In this document: in pieces, positions 1 through 14,491 of the stretch
Layout of the letters: each line of letters starts with the position of its first letter
Position numbering within the stretch: the stretch's first letter is position 1
NCBI GenBank assembly: GCA_030141605.1
Contig: JAQGDQ010000911.1
Coordinates: 17,117-81,116, forward strand
Source: Tubiluchus corallicola
Lineage: Eukaryota; Animalia; Priapulida
Length of the DNA stretch: 64,000 nt
Direction: 5' to 3'
Position numbers and translations under genes: made by a program
The notes under the pieces: generated by a model
Databases searched by the model: none
Seen by the model: only the letters and a program-made list of their open reading frames with translations
What the model was told of the DNA's origin: nothing

Positions 1-316
1 CCATAAATAAGGTTTTTGTTTGAGTTGACCATAAATAAGGTTTTTGTTTGAGTTGATCATAAATAAGGTTTTTGTTTGAGTTGACCATAAATAAGGTTTT
101 TGTTTGAGTTGACCATAAATAAGGTTTTTATTTGAGTTGACCATAAATAAGGTTTTTGTTTGAGTTGACCATAAATAAGGTTTTTGTTTGAATTGACCAT
201 AAATAAGGTTTTTGTTTGAGTTGACCATAAATAAGGTTTTTGTTTGAGTTGACCATAAATAAGGTTTTTGCTTGAGTTGACCATAAATAAGGTTTTTGTT
301 TGAGTTGACCATAAAT
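1..316. repeat. 28-bp tandem repeat (CCATAAATAAGGTTTTTGTTTGAGTTGA), ~11 copies, starting at the window edge
   Basis: Periodicity is directly visible and explains the repetitive ORF 57..392. Confidence 0.95.
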
Positions 317-1037
317 AACAATAGCGTCTTGTCAACCACGTGACAGCAAGAACAGAACAGCTAAAGATGTTGACACTGGCATAAAATACCATCAGTTCTG
401 CAGATGACTCAAAACTAGATTTACTACAATTCTTTTTATATTAATTCAATAATATGTTAGTGGATGGCACTCTAAATACATCAATACATAACTCACTCAC
501 CTGGTGGCGCCACCTGGCTAACAGGAAAAACGTTAAAGGCCACAAATGGTTTACTTTTGCACGCCACGAAAGATTGTTAAACATTTTAAAAATGACAATT
601 TTATATATACGTACGTTTTATTGCATCTAAATCAGAAAACAGTACAAAGAGAAGATAAGAATGAAAAAGGTAATTAGAGACGTTCTCACCTCTTCCACTG
701 AGCAATGTGATAACTGACTGACTGACAGTTACTGCCAACAACAATACATTTATTCAGCCAACACTACAGTTAATCTCCATGAAGCCACGCACTCGTATTA
801 GTTTATTTACTAGCTGCCTCAGCGCTTGCCTAGCTGAAACCCGCTGCGCTGTGTGCTTCCGCTGCAGCACCAACTGACAGATTATAATCAATAAAATACA
901 GAGAATCAGCCCAGGAGGGGTACAATCCAGATGCTCTTATTGAACTACAACGCTCCAATGTAGCTTCATTACGTAACAATGATCGTCAATGCTTATGGCG
1001 ACGGTTAATACAACTATGGATACGCAAAATAGCGAAT

Positions 1038-2112
1038 ACAATAGGCGCCGCTTAATTGACTCAAAAACGCCTGCCACGGGCAGCTTCTATTCAAATGTAC
1101 ATAAAACTGTCGATAATAGACTCAAATAACTCCGCATAATTGACTCAATATTTTTGTTTCACATGATTCAATAAGACACTTTCCTGTGATTAATAAGCTT
1201 TTGAATCATCTTGGTTTACATTTCTCCTTTAATTTGCATAGAAACAGTCATGTTAAGTATCCTCAATTAACCTCGTTACTAGGGGTGAGCATTCTCTACC
1301 AGAAAGCGAATTCGAATCGAACCGAAATTGTCACTTTCGAATTCGAATCAAACCGAACTTCAGTGTTTCGAATTCGAATTGAGATTGAACGATTTTTGAA
1401 CTAGTTTTCAAACCACCAGTAAAAATTAGTCTTACAAAGATCATGCATATCACTAGATTTTGTTCTGCAATAAAACGACTAGTAATTTGTTTAGAATTGT
1501 GCACAGAAATCACAGCTAAATTATGTTAATTGCATGATGTTTCAATCGTTTTAATGATCAGGAACATATGTGATTGAAGTGCTGAATTATTCGAATCTAT
1601 AGTTTTGGATTCGAATCGAGTTCGACCTAAAAAAACTCGTTCGAATCGAGAACTCGAACATTCGATGCTCACCCCTACTCGTTACCCAAGAATTCTTGGA
1701 AGCTAAACATTTAATCACTTGCTTAGCAGTTTGCTTTTGAAGCTCTGGCTATCTTTCCCAGAAAGTTTAATCACTTAGATGTTGATGTTAAGCCAGGGAC
1801 ACAGGTACAGTACAGTAAGTACGTCACAATAGCAAGCGGGAGGTAGGGCGAAACTACAGGCAAAGCTACTTGCAGGGAAACACGGGCACCACCAACAGTT
1901 TAAACACGCCAAGCAATAAGTATTTTACGAGAATTTATGCAACATTACAACAACAGATTCATTAAAATTCATCAAAAACCTTTGTAGTGCATAGTACGCT
2001 GTTGACTCATACTTTTATACTAGTAATACTATACCCATCGGCTAATAGCTTCAGTCGGTTAATTGGTTCGAAACACTTCGGTGCCAAAGTGAGTCTATTA
2101 AGCGGCGATTAC
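1038..2112. mobile_element. Non-autonomous pogo/Tigger-like DNA transposon, interrupted by a hAT MITE
   Basis: Ends GCCGCTTAATTGACTC ... GAGTCTATTAAGCGGC are inverted repeats. The body is colinear with a second copy at ~39098-40199. Confidence 0.7.
1280..1677 (+). mobile_element. hAT-type MITE
   Basis: TIRs TAGGGGTGAGCAT...ATGCTCACCCCTA; perfect 8-bp TSD CTCGTTAC; further copies at 6675 and ~36357. Confidence 0.9.
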
Positions 2113-3287
2113 AGCAAGCAAGTTGTCACTTTGTTAAAGATTCACGAAACGAGTGGAATTAAATTGCTTTACACACATACTGTGAATTTACTAGCGTGCC
2201 CTCGCTTCAGTTAGCAAGGCAGCTAACATTTTCCCAAACTTTGGACTTTCAACATCCACACACCTGAAGGCAAAAATGTAAACAGGTAACGAACACGTAA
2301 ACTTTAGTTTGTATGTCACACTCGAAGTGAGTCATAATTATGCAAACACAGTAAAGGAAAGCTGTGTTAAATAGTGATTTTGATTAAATTGGTTATTAAA
2401 TTAATAATTCAAGATTAAATGCTTGACGATGCAAGATTAAACTACCGTCGTAGATAGAAGTCTAGTTAGGTGTGGCATCACGTGACCAGCTGATGTTCGG
2501 CCGGCTGACTCAGAAATAAAGATTGATGATGTAATCCTTATGCGCAGATGCTCACGGCGCATTAGGTAGTTAGACAAAAGTGGTTTGAGGCCCGCACCTC
2601 GGGGGAGATTAGGAACTGACTTGAAGACGGAGGGCTGGCATGACTATCCTCTTATATTTACCGTGTTGTGTTTGTTGTTTAATAAATGTGTTGCTTATTA
2701 AATAAAGTCTTGATAGTTTCCCATGCCCATCGTGGCTACCTCACACGCCACTCAATAATCAACAACCAGCATTAACCACAAGAATAATTAGACTTTAATC
2801 AAATTATTTTACTAACACGACACTACTGTTTTTCAATTTTATTAATATTTTCTAATAAATTTAAATATCTCGATTGATTTGTTGGTTGTGTTTGTTCAGT
2901 CCTAATTTTAGTTCATTGGAAAGTGGACATGTAACTAATGCTAGTAAAAGTACATAATGTATACGGAGATGGTGATATCTATTGACAAGAAAGATGAAAC
3001 ATCATAATCCGAAGCTACAATAAAATCTTTACAGTGCAAAATTAATCAGATGGGTAAGAATGTATTCATAGTAGACATAAATACCTTTGTAAAAGTAATT
3101 AAAACAATCCAGTTTGAGGATATGAGTAATATAAACAGAATATGAGGATATAAACAGTACGAATTGGGGATACAAGTACTGACCAGAAATGCCTATTAGC
3201 TCTTGAGATTGCTCATGTAGCAGGACATACTTTATACTTCATGTTCAATGCTATAATAATAATAATAACAACAACAATCATCATAAT

Positions 3288-3350
3288 AATAATAATCTTT
3301 ATTTAAAGTCGGTTTTTGGGTAAACAATTAACGTTAGCTCAAAGAGCTAT
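3288..3350 (-). mobile_element. 3' fragment of the tRNA-derived SINE
   Basis: Reverse complement matches the tail of the SINEs at 28579 and 50720 (...AAAAACCGACTTTAAATAAAGATTATTATT). Confidence 0.7.
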
Positions 3351-6300
3351 TACCACTAGACTAAACCATCTGGAGAAGTTGAATGACGACACAAAACTCC
3401 ATCAGCAAACTTCACATGCTTGCACGTTATTTTCAGAAAATTGCTCTCTAGAAATGTTTAACCCTGGTGTCGAGATTTACACTCATTACAAATGTACAAT
3501 ATTGAACGCAATACTTGTATTTGTCAAAAATAAATTTCTGTTTAACAAACATATTTTTTTTAAATTTTTTAGGAATTAATTTCATGTCTACAGTTTGTAT
3601 TTCAACTCCACATCAATATTAGACAATAACAGAACAGGGAGTCGAGTACAATACTAGGCTTTCCATCTATCTATAAAGCTGATCACCCTGGCAAGACGCA
3701 ACATTATAGTGATTTATAACCGCACAGAGCTGATTTATGCTACTCGATTATTAATTTTGCTCTGTGCTAGACCACTTACAATATTTGTCACAACCAGCTA
3801 TATTAAAATTGTAAATTTTGCTAAACTATGAAATTTGATTCACGCAAAATACTTACTTGTACTTTTGCTGGTTTCGAAAACAGGTTATGGCACCGGGCGA
3901 GTTGTTTGCACGCCACTGGCCGGTAAGTCTGGATGGCTGCCTCCTAGGGGACGAGACCACCACGCCCACAGGGTCCAGAGCTCCCTCGGTTAGCCGGGAC
4001 GCGGCATTCATCCGCCGACAGCAAGCCTGTCCGCTATGGTTGGACCTCAACGGGTATAAAACCCCCAGACGGCATAGCCTTGCTACGGACCCGTTGCCAC
4101 CCGCTAAAATCTTCATCTTTCTTGTCAATAGATGTCACCATATTCGTAAACATTATGTACGCCCGATCGTAAAGATCTTCGTTGAGGCCAGGCAGTTGGG
4201 TTTGAGTACACGCAAAATGCATCACATAACACCTTTTAATATTTACAGTAATGTAACTGACAACATCTTTTTGCTATTAAATATTTAGCACTTTGCAATG
4301 AAAATAAATTTCAACTGTAGAAACTAAAATGTAAAACCAAATTTTAAAACCACATGAGAGTGATGAAACAGTGTAAGACGCACACAGAATTTTTCATTCA
4401 AAGGAAATGTGTCTATGCCAGTGCTGAATGGGCAAATCATAAGCATGTACAGTATTGCACACCTAATGAACATTAGTAAAATTATTACTGTAGCATTAAT
4501 TTTGCTAATGAATCACTTGTATTCTTATAATTTGCCCCCCTCCCTCCCCATAGCCCATCTTTAATGGTTATGATGGCTACATTACTACCATCAATTATAT
4601 TTAAATGTTCTATACAATTATAGTTATTACTACAAGTATAATGTATAATTTAATCTCTTCTCCCCCACTTAAATTTGGGTACATGTATGTGTATATGTAT
4701 ATCATTGTAGATACAAGTAAGTAATATGGTGCATTGTAATACAAGTAAGTGGTGCATTGACAGATGATAATCACATAATTCACATTCGTAACTATTTAAA
4801 AAAATTTCACTCTTTAAAACTCACTCAAAGTCGTAATTACATATTATGTTTTCCTTTCTCAACTTTCATGTTTATTGCTCTTATACCGTTGCTATTATTA
4901 CATCATTTACTTCGTCCTTATTTACATTAAGTTATCTACAGAAGCATGCATAACTATAATCATTTTTTCATTTAAGTAAGGTGAGTGTGTTAATGACCAT
5001 ATGGTCGTACACTTACCTCGCACTACTCAAATTATTTTATTTAAAGTTTATTAATGTTTGATATTGTATTTTTAGATGCCTGAAATAAAATTCATAGTTC
5101 AACATACAAAACGAATTACAATGGACTTGCCTAGAGGACACATTTCCCCATTTAGTGGAGTGGGTCTTTCACTTTCCAAAACATGGTACTTAAATATAAT
5201 TGCATGTAACCTTCTGGTAAAATTACTACATTAAAACAACTACCCAATAATCAAATGCTTAACACTTATTACAATGCCATTAGAACATTTTTCAAAATGT
5301 AGATTCAGAACACAAGGAGATCAAACCTGGTGGTCATTGACACAATTAGGAGGGTTTATCTTAAAAACAATGTTAATAGCTAACAATGGGAATTCTAAAA
5401 AAATGAAACAGAGGCAGACACACAGTGACATCATGATAGAATGGCTACAATGTGCTACAGTCAGTAAAAGAACAAGAATACTATTGTGACCTACACAATG
5501 CAGCCATTACCGATTAACATAATTTATTCACCAGACTTCACAAACGGATAAATACATAACAAACACTTCAGCACCAGTGTAGAATAAACAAGGAAACATG
5601 TACAGTTCGCTTGTTTTGTATCATCACTACAATGACTGATATTTCAATTATTACTGCATCATACGGATCAAATGACAAGATCGGTAACATCGTTTAGTTT
5701 TTTAAACGTTAACTATTTGATATGCTCAGCAAATTATTGTATTTTTAGGATTTTTGCATAGCTATTTAATTTGTCTTTCAGAACATACAAATTAATTCTA
5801 ATATATACTGAAGACACAATTCATGTTACAAGTCCTTGTAGCTCAAAATCGCATAACTCAAAGAATTTCAAAAGAACGGATGAAATGTTTATTTTTCCCA
5901 CAAAAAACTCAAAATTTCGTTCAACTCAAATAAAAAACCATGATTCTTTTAATCAAAATACATGTAATTTACTTCGCTAATTCAAAAATGCAATTTATAC
6001 TCGAGAAAAATAAAGTGTTTCGTAAATAAATAATTGAACTACGTGCAAACTGAACTGCAGTATGTAAGACATTGGTGGCGCCACTGTCATATTGACTAAC
6101 AGTGTTGTGTACATGTCCTTTTCTAACATAAAAAAATGTGTTTCACAACATAATTTGTTATTCTTTACATAATTGTCATCAAATCTCGTCGTTTACGTAT
6201 AGGAGGGTTGAACTTTCTGCCTTCTGTTTAGCTCGCCGTCTGGAAGAGGGACTTAGAGTTTCTATGCTGGAAAATGGTCAGCATCGCCTAACTCAAAATA

Positions 6301-6674
6301 TCACGTAACTCAAAGCTTTTTTGGTCCGGCTGGATTTGAGTTATGCGGAGTTTATTGTACATTCAAGTAAATACTAGAAAGTGTAACATGCAATAAAACT
6401 TATTCTTCAAGTATTTTCAGACATTTATACAGTGATTTAGTAATGTTACAGTCATTATTATGCTATGATCAAAAGCAGCAAAAGTTCATTTAATTTGTTC
6501 CTAAAAGATTTAATGTTTATTTCCTAAATCTTCAGTTTAAAGCTTCAGATTCGATGATACTGAGGTACCCAATCTAATTTGAAAGTAAAGTTCGATTTCA
6601 GTAACCTGATATAAACAACAGAATAACACAGATCAATGAATTTAACACAGAACTACTCTACTAGAACCAAACGT

Positions 6675-7049
6675 TAGGGGTGAGCATTCTCTACCAGAAA
6701 GCGAATTCGAATCGAACCGAACTTCAGTATTTCGAATTCGAACCGAATTCGAATTGGGATTGAACGATTTTCGAACTAGTTTTCGAACCACCAGTAAAAA
6801 TTAGTCTTACAAAGATCACGCATATCACTAGATTTTGTTCTGCAATAAAACGACTGGTAATTTTTTTAAATTGTGCGCAGAAATCACAGCTAAATTATGC
6901 TAATTGCACGATGTTTCAATCGTTTTAGTGATAAAGAACATATGTGATTGAAGTGCTGAATTATTCCAATCTATAGTTTTGGATTCGAATCGAGTTCGAA
7001 CTAAAAAAACTCGTTTGAATCGAATTCGAGCGTTCGATGCTCACCCCGA
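6675..7049 (+). mobile_element. hAT-type MITE, same family as 1280-1677
   Basis: Same TIRs; 8-bp TSD CCAAACGT; lies just downstream of the DDX41 stop. Confidence 0.9.
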
Positions 7050-7161
7050 CCAAACGTATAATTAAATATATATGTATATGTACAATAATATGCCTGTAAT
7101 TATGTACATTAATGTTCATATTAACACTTAGCGGCTGTTACAATGTGCTATGAATTGTGTT

Positions 7162-9093
<1,932 letters not shown>

Positions 9094-9499
9094 CTACAAA
9101 AACAAATAGTAAGCGTAACACTTACTATTAATTCACACAAATACAGTGATAATAATACAGTAAAACTACTAGTAATTTTTGAAATGTATGCAGTGAACAT
9201 GACACGAGTTTCAGGGGAAAAGGGGTTCCACAGCTCGACTCCCCTATATTTCGGCGAACATTGGCCTCAACTAGTTGCAAATTTGCTTACAAAAAAGGTA
9301 TTTACGTTTGCAGATTTGTTACTACGTATATTCGCGTACTTCAGAAACACGTTTGGAGAATAAATTATATTTGAATTTGAATGTAACTTTAGCCAAGTTC
9401 AAGTTTGGATATATAGTGATTCAGGTGTTGCATGATCCCTTATTTATATAAGAAGTTTCTTACCTTAACAATTTTTTTTGTGCAGTGTAGTGGCCGAAG

Positions 9500-11850
9500 T
9501 GTTTTTTGGTGCAAATGCAAAAGTTAATGTTCATGCAGTTCTAGATCTGTGAATAAACCAGTGCATAGTATAAAATTGTCTTTATTAGTCAGCATAGTGT
9601 CTAGTTTTTCGAACTGTGCCAATATATGCTTTATTGATTTTGTATGCGGTCTGGTTTATGTGAGGTTTCCATGTCATTCTGTTATCAATATATAATCCTA
9701 AATAAAAGATTATTTTATCTAATCAGTTTACTGAATGATGTTATTACCCTTTCTAAATTCAAAATTTTCTGAGTCAGATTTACATTGCTCGTTAGTAATT
9801 AACATAAACTTAGTTTTACGGTAGTTAACTGATAACATTTGTTTTCATACAGTATAAATGTTAGAAATTTCTGCATTAACGATACGTTCAAGGTTTTTGT
9901 GATTTTCATCTGCTAGAAAGAGGTTCGTGTTATCAGCAAATAACTTTGCGTGAAAATTAGTAGCCGAAAAAATAACGCTGTCGTGAATTTCCTTTTTTCA
10001 CGGAATTTCAGTATACTAGTTTTAAACTAAATCACAAAACGCCTTAACTCAAAACTAAATTTCTAAAATTTTAATTCCATATGTTTTTGATAGAATCAGT
10101 AACACAACCGTTTTTCCTGGAGTTAAGGCCACACCTGCCTCAAAACCGGTCCAAAAAAGTTTCGCTCAAACAAGTATTCTTCCACCAGTCAAAACTTGGG
10201 AAAAAGTAGGGGCAATTATTATGTATAAAGACATTAATATGCTAGAGACTTGTGGACTTATTCAAGTTCACAACAAATGTAAATCAAGAATAGTAATGGT
10301 CCAAGAGTTGATCCCTGTGGGACTAAGCTTGTGTCCGGTATTATAGTTGCCAGTTTTCTAGATATTATTAAAAGTGATAATGCATTACCCCAAATACCAC
10401 AGCGAACGTGCTAATGAGACAGTATAAAATGCTATCACTGTGGTACCAGTATCTTAGAATATACTTAGAATATATTAGAATTACTCAGAATATACCACAA
10501 ATGTGCAGATTTTGATCTAGATCCATGTTAATTCTGTCACACAATTCTGACAAAACCAGAGATGTGGAACAGTTTTTCTTAAACCAAACTAGAAAATATT
10601 CAACGTATTTTTATTACACAAATTTTATCCCGTGCCATTAGTTATAATTAGTATTTTGTGGCACCTCAGAACAATTAAATAAAAGTATCAGCATTATAAT
10701 TAAAATTTAAGCAGATCATGATAAAACCCAGTGAATTTAAAACAGACACTGTACACAACATGAAATAAGCGGACTTAGTTTGAAAAGGTTAAAATAAACA
10801 AGCGAGTCTTGAGCTTTTTCTTAAGCACGTCAAATTTAGTGCAACCACGCAAATCAAATGTGAGTTTGTCCCATTCGCTGAAAGACAGCTACTGAAAAAG
10901 ACCTGTCTGCAAAAGTTTTACGACAATTAAAGGGTACATCTAGAGCGATGCAAGTCTGTTTGTTTGTTTAACAATTTTTCCAAACGAGTGTATAAGACCT
11001 TTTCTAATATTTTTGAAAAGGGCCTATAATTAAAAAGATTATAAACTAGACCACTTTTGTGTGCAGAAGTAACTTTGGCCATTTTCAATGTCAGGAAATC
11101 TACCATTGCAAATTGATTCGTTGAACAATGAAGCAAACGACGGGAATAAAATTTCTGCTTTATAGTCATGAACTGAACTTTCTGTGACTTACGTTCATTT
11201 CATTATTGAAATAGTAATTTTGTGTCAGGTGATTGTAACAGGATCACGGAATAGCAAGTGGGAGTTTTCTATGTGAGAAATGATAGACCCTGGAACTGAG
11301 GTGTTCTTTTTTGCATATCGGAGCTGATAAAAGAAAAAAAATTTATTGAAATATTCCGTTATGCTACCACGATTAGTAATTTCAAACACATTAGCTATTT
11401 TACTGGGTAACTCTTGTTGTATTTAGTTTTGTTATAGATATTATTGAAAATAGACAAATTTTTTCATGTTGTTTTGAATTCTTTCAGAATAATACAGCTT
11501 CTTTGATGCTTCTTTACTCTGACTTAATTTTTTGGAATACGATTTCTAATAGCTTATTTTCAATATTAAACTGTTTACGGCTTGTGTTTTGTATAATTTA
11601 CTTTTACTTTTTGTAAATGCTAAAATAGGGGGTTGTGGGGAGGAGGGGGGGGGGGGGGTAAACCATGATTTGGACAATGTCTGAGTTTCTTTTTGAGACA
11701 CATGTTTTAAGTGGGACGTGATTGTCAAATACTTCATTAAAAGTCTGCATAAATACTGAAATGAACCATGAGTTGAAAGCAAGTTAAAGATAATTCTTGA
11801 AGATTTGTTACGTAGATTCTCTACATGATTATTATTAAATCTATATCGAT
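9500..11850 (-). mobile_element. Decayed non-LTR retrotransposon (CR1/L2-group LINE) ORF2 remnants
   Basis: Minus-strand fragments AKVTSAHKSG..NYRP.FSKILEK (ORF 10927-11169), PQGSTLGPLLFLIY (~10320) and LFADNT (~9940, degenerate FADD). Frames are broken and boundaries approximate. Confidence 0.75.
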
Positions 11851-11857
11851 TATACAT

Positions 11858-12781
11858 ATTGTGACCATGCGTCCGGGTTTCCCCGGACACGTCCTCTTTT
11901 TGGGCCTCTGTCCGGGCGGGTTTTCAAAAAATTGGCAGTTTGTCCGGGTTTTGCCCCAATACACGGACGTATACGGTGTATGCCAACTGCAGAGCCATAC
12001 GACAGTACGAGACAAAGAAAAGCTCGTTAATTTTCAATACAAGATGTTGCTAACGTCTCAAAATGCAACCCTTGTAAAAGCTTTGTGTACATATTTACTG
12101 AACAAAAGTAAGCGTATCATTCAAGTTCAAGCGTAAGTGTTTCTGAGAGCCAAGAAGAAGCAGGCGACTGACAGTTGCAGTGTGTTAATGTTTTTTGCAG
12201 TATAGCCATTTGGTATTGCTTTTAGAATACATGTAGGCCTATTTGTATAATTTGCATTTTATTTTGCATTGTTTTAATAGGCCCTACACTGGTCATTTTT
12301 GCCTACTTACAAGTGTGCGAAAAAGTGCCTACCATTTTTACTCAGATAGTAAACAGCTACTTTCTAATTACCTTTTACCAGTTACTCAAATTGCAAAACA
12401 GCGAAACTATACAAATTTAAAGAAATTCACATAAAAACAAACAAAATGGCTCCCGGAAGCTGACGTCATTTTAAGTCGTTAGCGAATACGCCGAGTATCG
12501 ACAGCGGTGTGAGCGTGTGACCCATAGTGATGTGCGCATCGCTTACTTATGTTCAGTAAATATGTACACAAAGCTTTTACAAGGGTTGCATTTTGAGATG
12601 TTAGCAACATCTTGTATTGAAAATTAACGAGCTTTTCTTTGTCTCTGTTGGCAACGTCCGTACATACAAGTTTACGGAATGAGGCAAAACTCGGACAAAC
12701 TGCCGATTTTTTGAAAACCCGCCCGGACAAAGGCCCAAAAAGAGGACGTGTGCGACCAAACCCAGACGTATGATAACCCTA
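11858..12781. mobile_element. MITE with long inverted arms (hAT-like ends)
   Basis: 11860-12115 is largely the reverse complement of 12540-12780; the same peptide appears in ORFs on both strands. Ends are GTGACCA...TAACCCTA. Confidence 0.75.
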
Positions 12782-14094
12782 TATTATTAAAACTAATTGT
12801 CTTTGCTTTTTCTAAAAAGTTAAAAATTACATTTTCGTGTTACGAAGGCTTAGCAGCATCTGTCTCATTTTTAAACTTGCAATTATTTCTGTAACAACTG
12901 TGTGCATAGTTTCTCTCTTTAAAGCATTAGATACTTAGTTTAATGTTATGATGATTTTAATGGAGCTAATAATACTGATGATACTATTGTAAAAACACAC
13001 TAATTTTGTAAATTGGCATCCATCATTATTAATATTATAAAGTTACTTTTTCTCTAAAACAAATTTAGTTTATATTTTGTTATGTTTTATTATGTCATCA
13101 TAATTCTCGACAAAAATCGCCAATGCCCTAGTTGGGCTGTCCATGTACGACACTGCTTTTCCGCAAATTTAGCACATGCGTTTTATCGGAAGTGTCCTAA
13201 ATCGCCTACTGGGTTACTCGGCGCCCTACAGCTTCAACGAACTGACTAATTCGGATTTTGAACAGTAAAACTGCGGTGGCTTGAATTTCTTTCTATTGTA
13301 GTTTTTCTGGTCATCTTTCTTGCCACATATGAGCTTTTTCAATTTTTTTGAAAGTTAAATCTTACCCTTTCTGTTCCTCGATTTTTTTTGAAAATTCTCA
13401 ACTAATACATTTCTTATCGTCGCCGTCCATGATGAAATTTCTGAATCGACTAAAGTTGGCCTTTCATTCTGCGAATATATCTATGGTTTCAGATATACAT
13501 ATACATACAAAAGGACAGTGAACGCAACAGAAATTCATATGATATTGGTTTAGTTTATTTGACATCCATAAAATAATACAATAAAATAAATAAAAATAGT
13601 ATATTAATGACAATAAAAATAGCCAATAGGGTGCAGAAGGGATGCACAGAGATACACTGCTTAATGCACTTATAATGTAAAACACAACATTACAGAATAT
13701 TCTAAATAAAGGAATACTAAACAATGCATTTGTTTACATGTGCCCATCGTAATACAAATACTGATTTAAATCCAAGGTGTTTTAACGTGTTTCTGAAATA
13801 ATTTGGCATTCATTGCAGTGATCAACGGATGTGCATTTATGTGTGATAGTAAGGAATTCCACATGGGCACTACACGATTTGAGAAGAAATGAGCAAAACT
13901 AGTTTCACATGTAATTATGATTCTAGCACCATTACAGCTACAGAAAAAAATTACCACCAGATGCTTTGATCAACAAAAGCAAATGTAGCCTGTATATTGT
14001 TTACGACAATGATGACAAAAGAGGGAATTTATAACTTCTACGTTTTACTTACAGCAGGTACAATACACTGTAATTGTGTTGCGCTTGACTAAGC

Positions 14095-14310
14095 TGTAGT
14101 TGAGTCATATATGTAATATGGCTTGATTAGTGAACTAGTTGGGCAAATTAGGAAGACAGAGCAGAGGAGAGCAAAAAGAGAGTGTGCAGATTAGCAGAAC
14201 GCCAGAGTTATGGCGAGGAAATTTGTTGCTTTATTTTGTTAAAAGCGTTTTTTAAAATCAGTTTTAATAAATGTGTTCTTAAACGAAGTTAGAAGTTTGT
14301 CAGCTCTACA
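14095..14310. mobile_element. Possible short solo LTR in the 3' region of gene A
   Basis: TGTAG...CTACA ends and an AATAAA near the end; absent from the paralogous 3' region at ~22310; no clean TSD. Confidence 0.35.
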
Positions 14311-14491
14311 AACTGTACAATCACAAACTTAAGTTCAATTGTTTAGATGTCCAGGAAGATCTGAAATCGCTTACATCAAAGCTGTAACAATTTAACGTGA
14401 CTGATTAGTTGACAGTACAATTATTTTTGAGATTTTATCACAAAAATGACGCACTTTTGCAAAGATAAAGACAGAACTTCAATGTTCAAGA

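Noticed and set aside
2363-2745. Possible solo LTR (TGTG...CACA with AATAAA)
   Set aside because: No TSD and no second copy in the window; support is insufficient.
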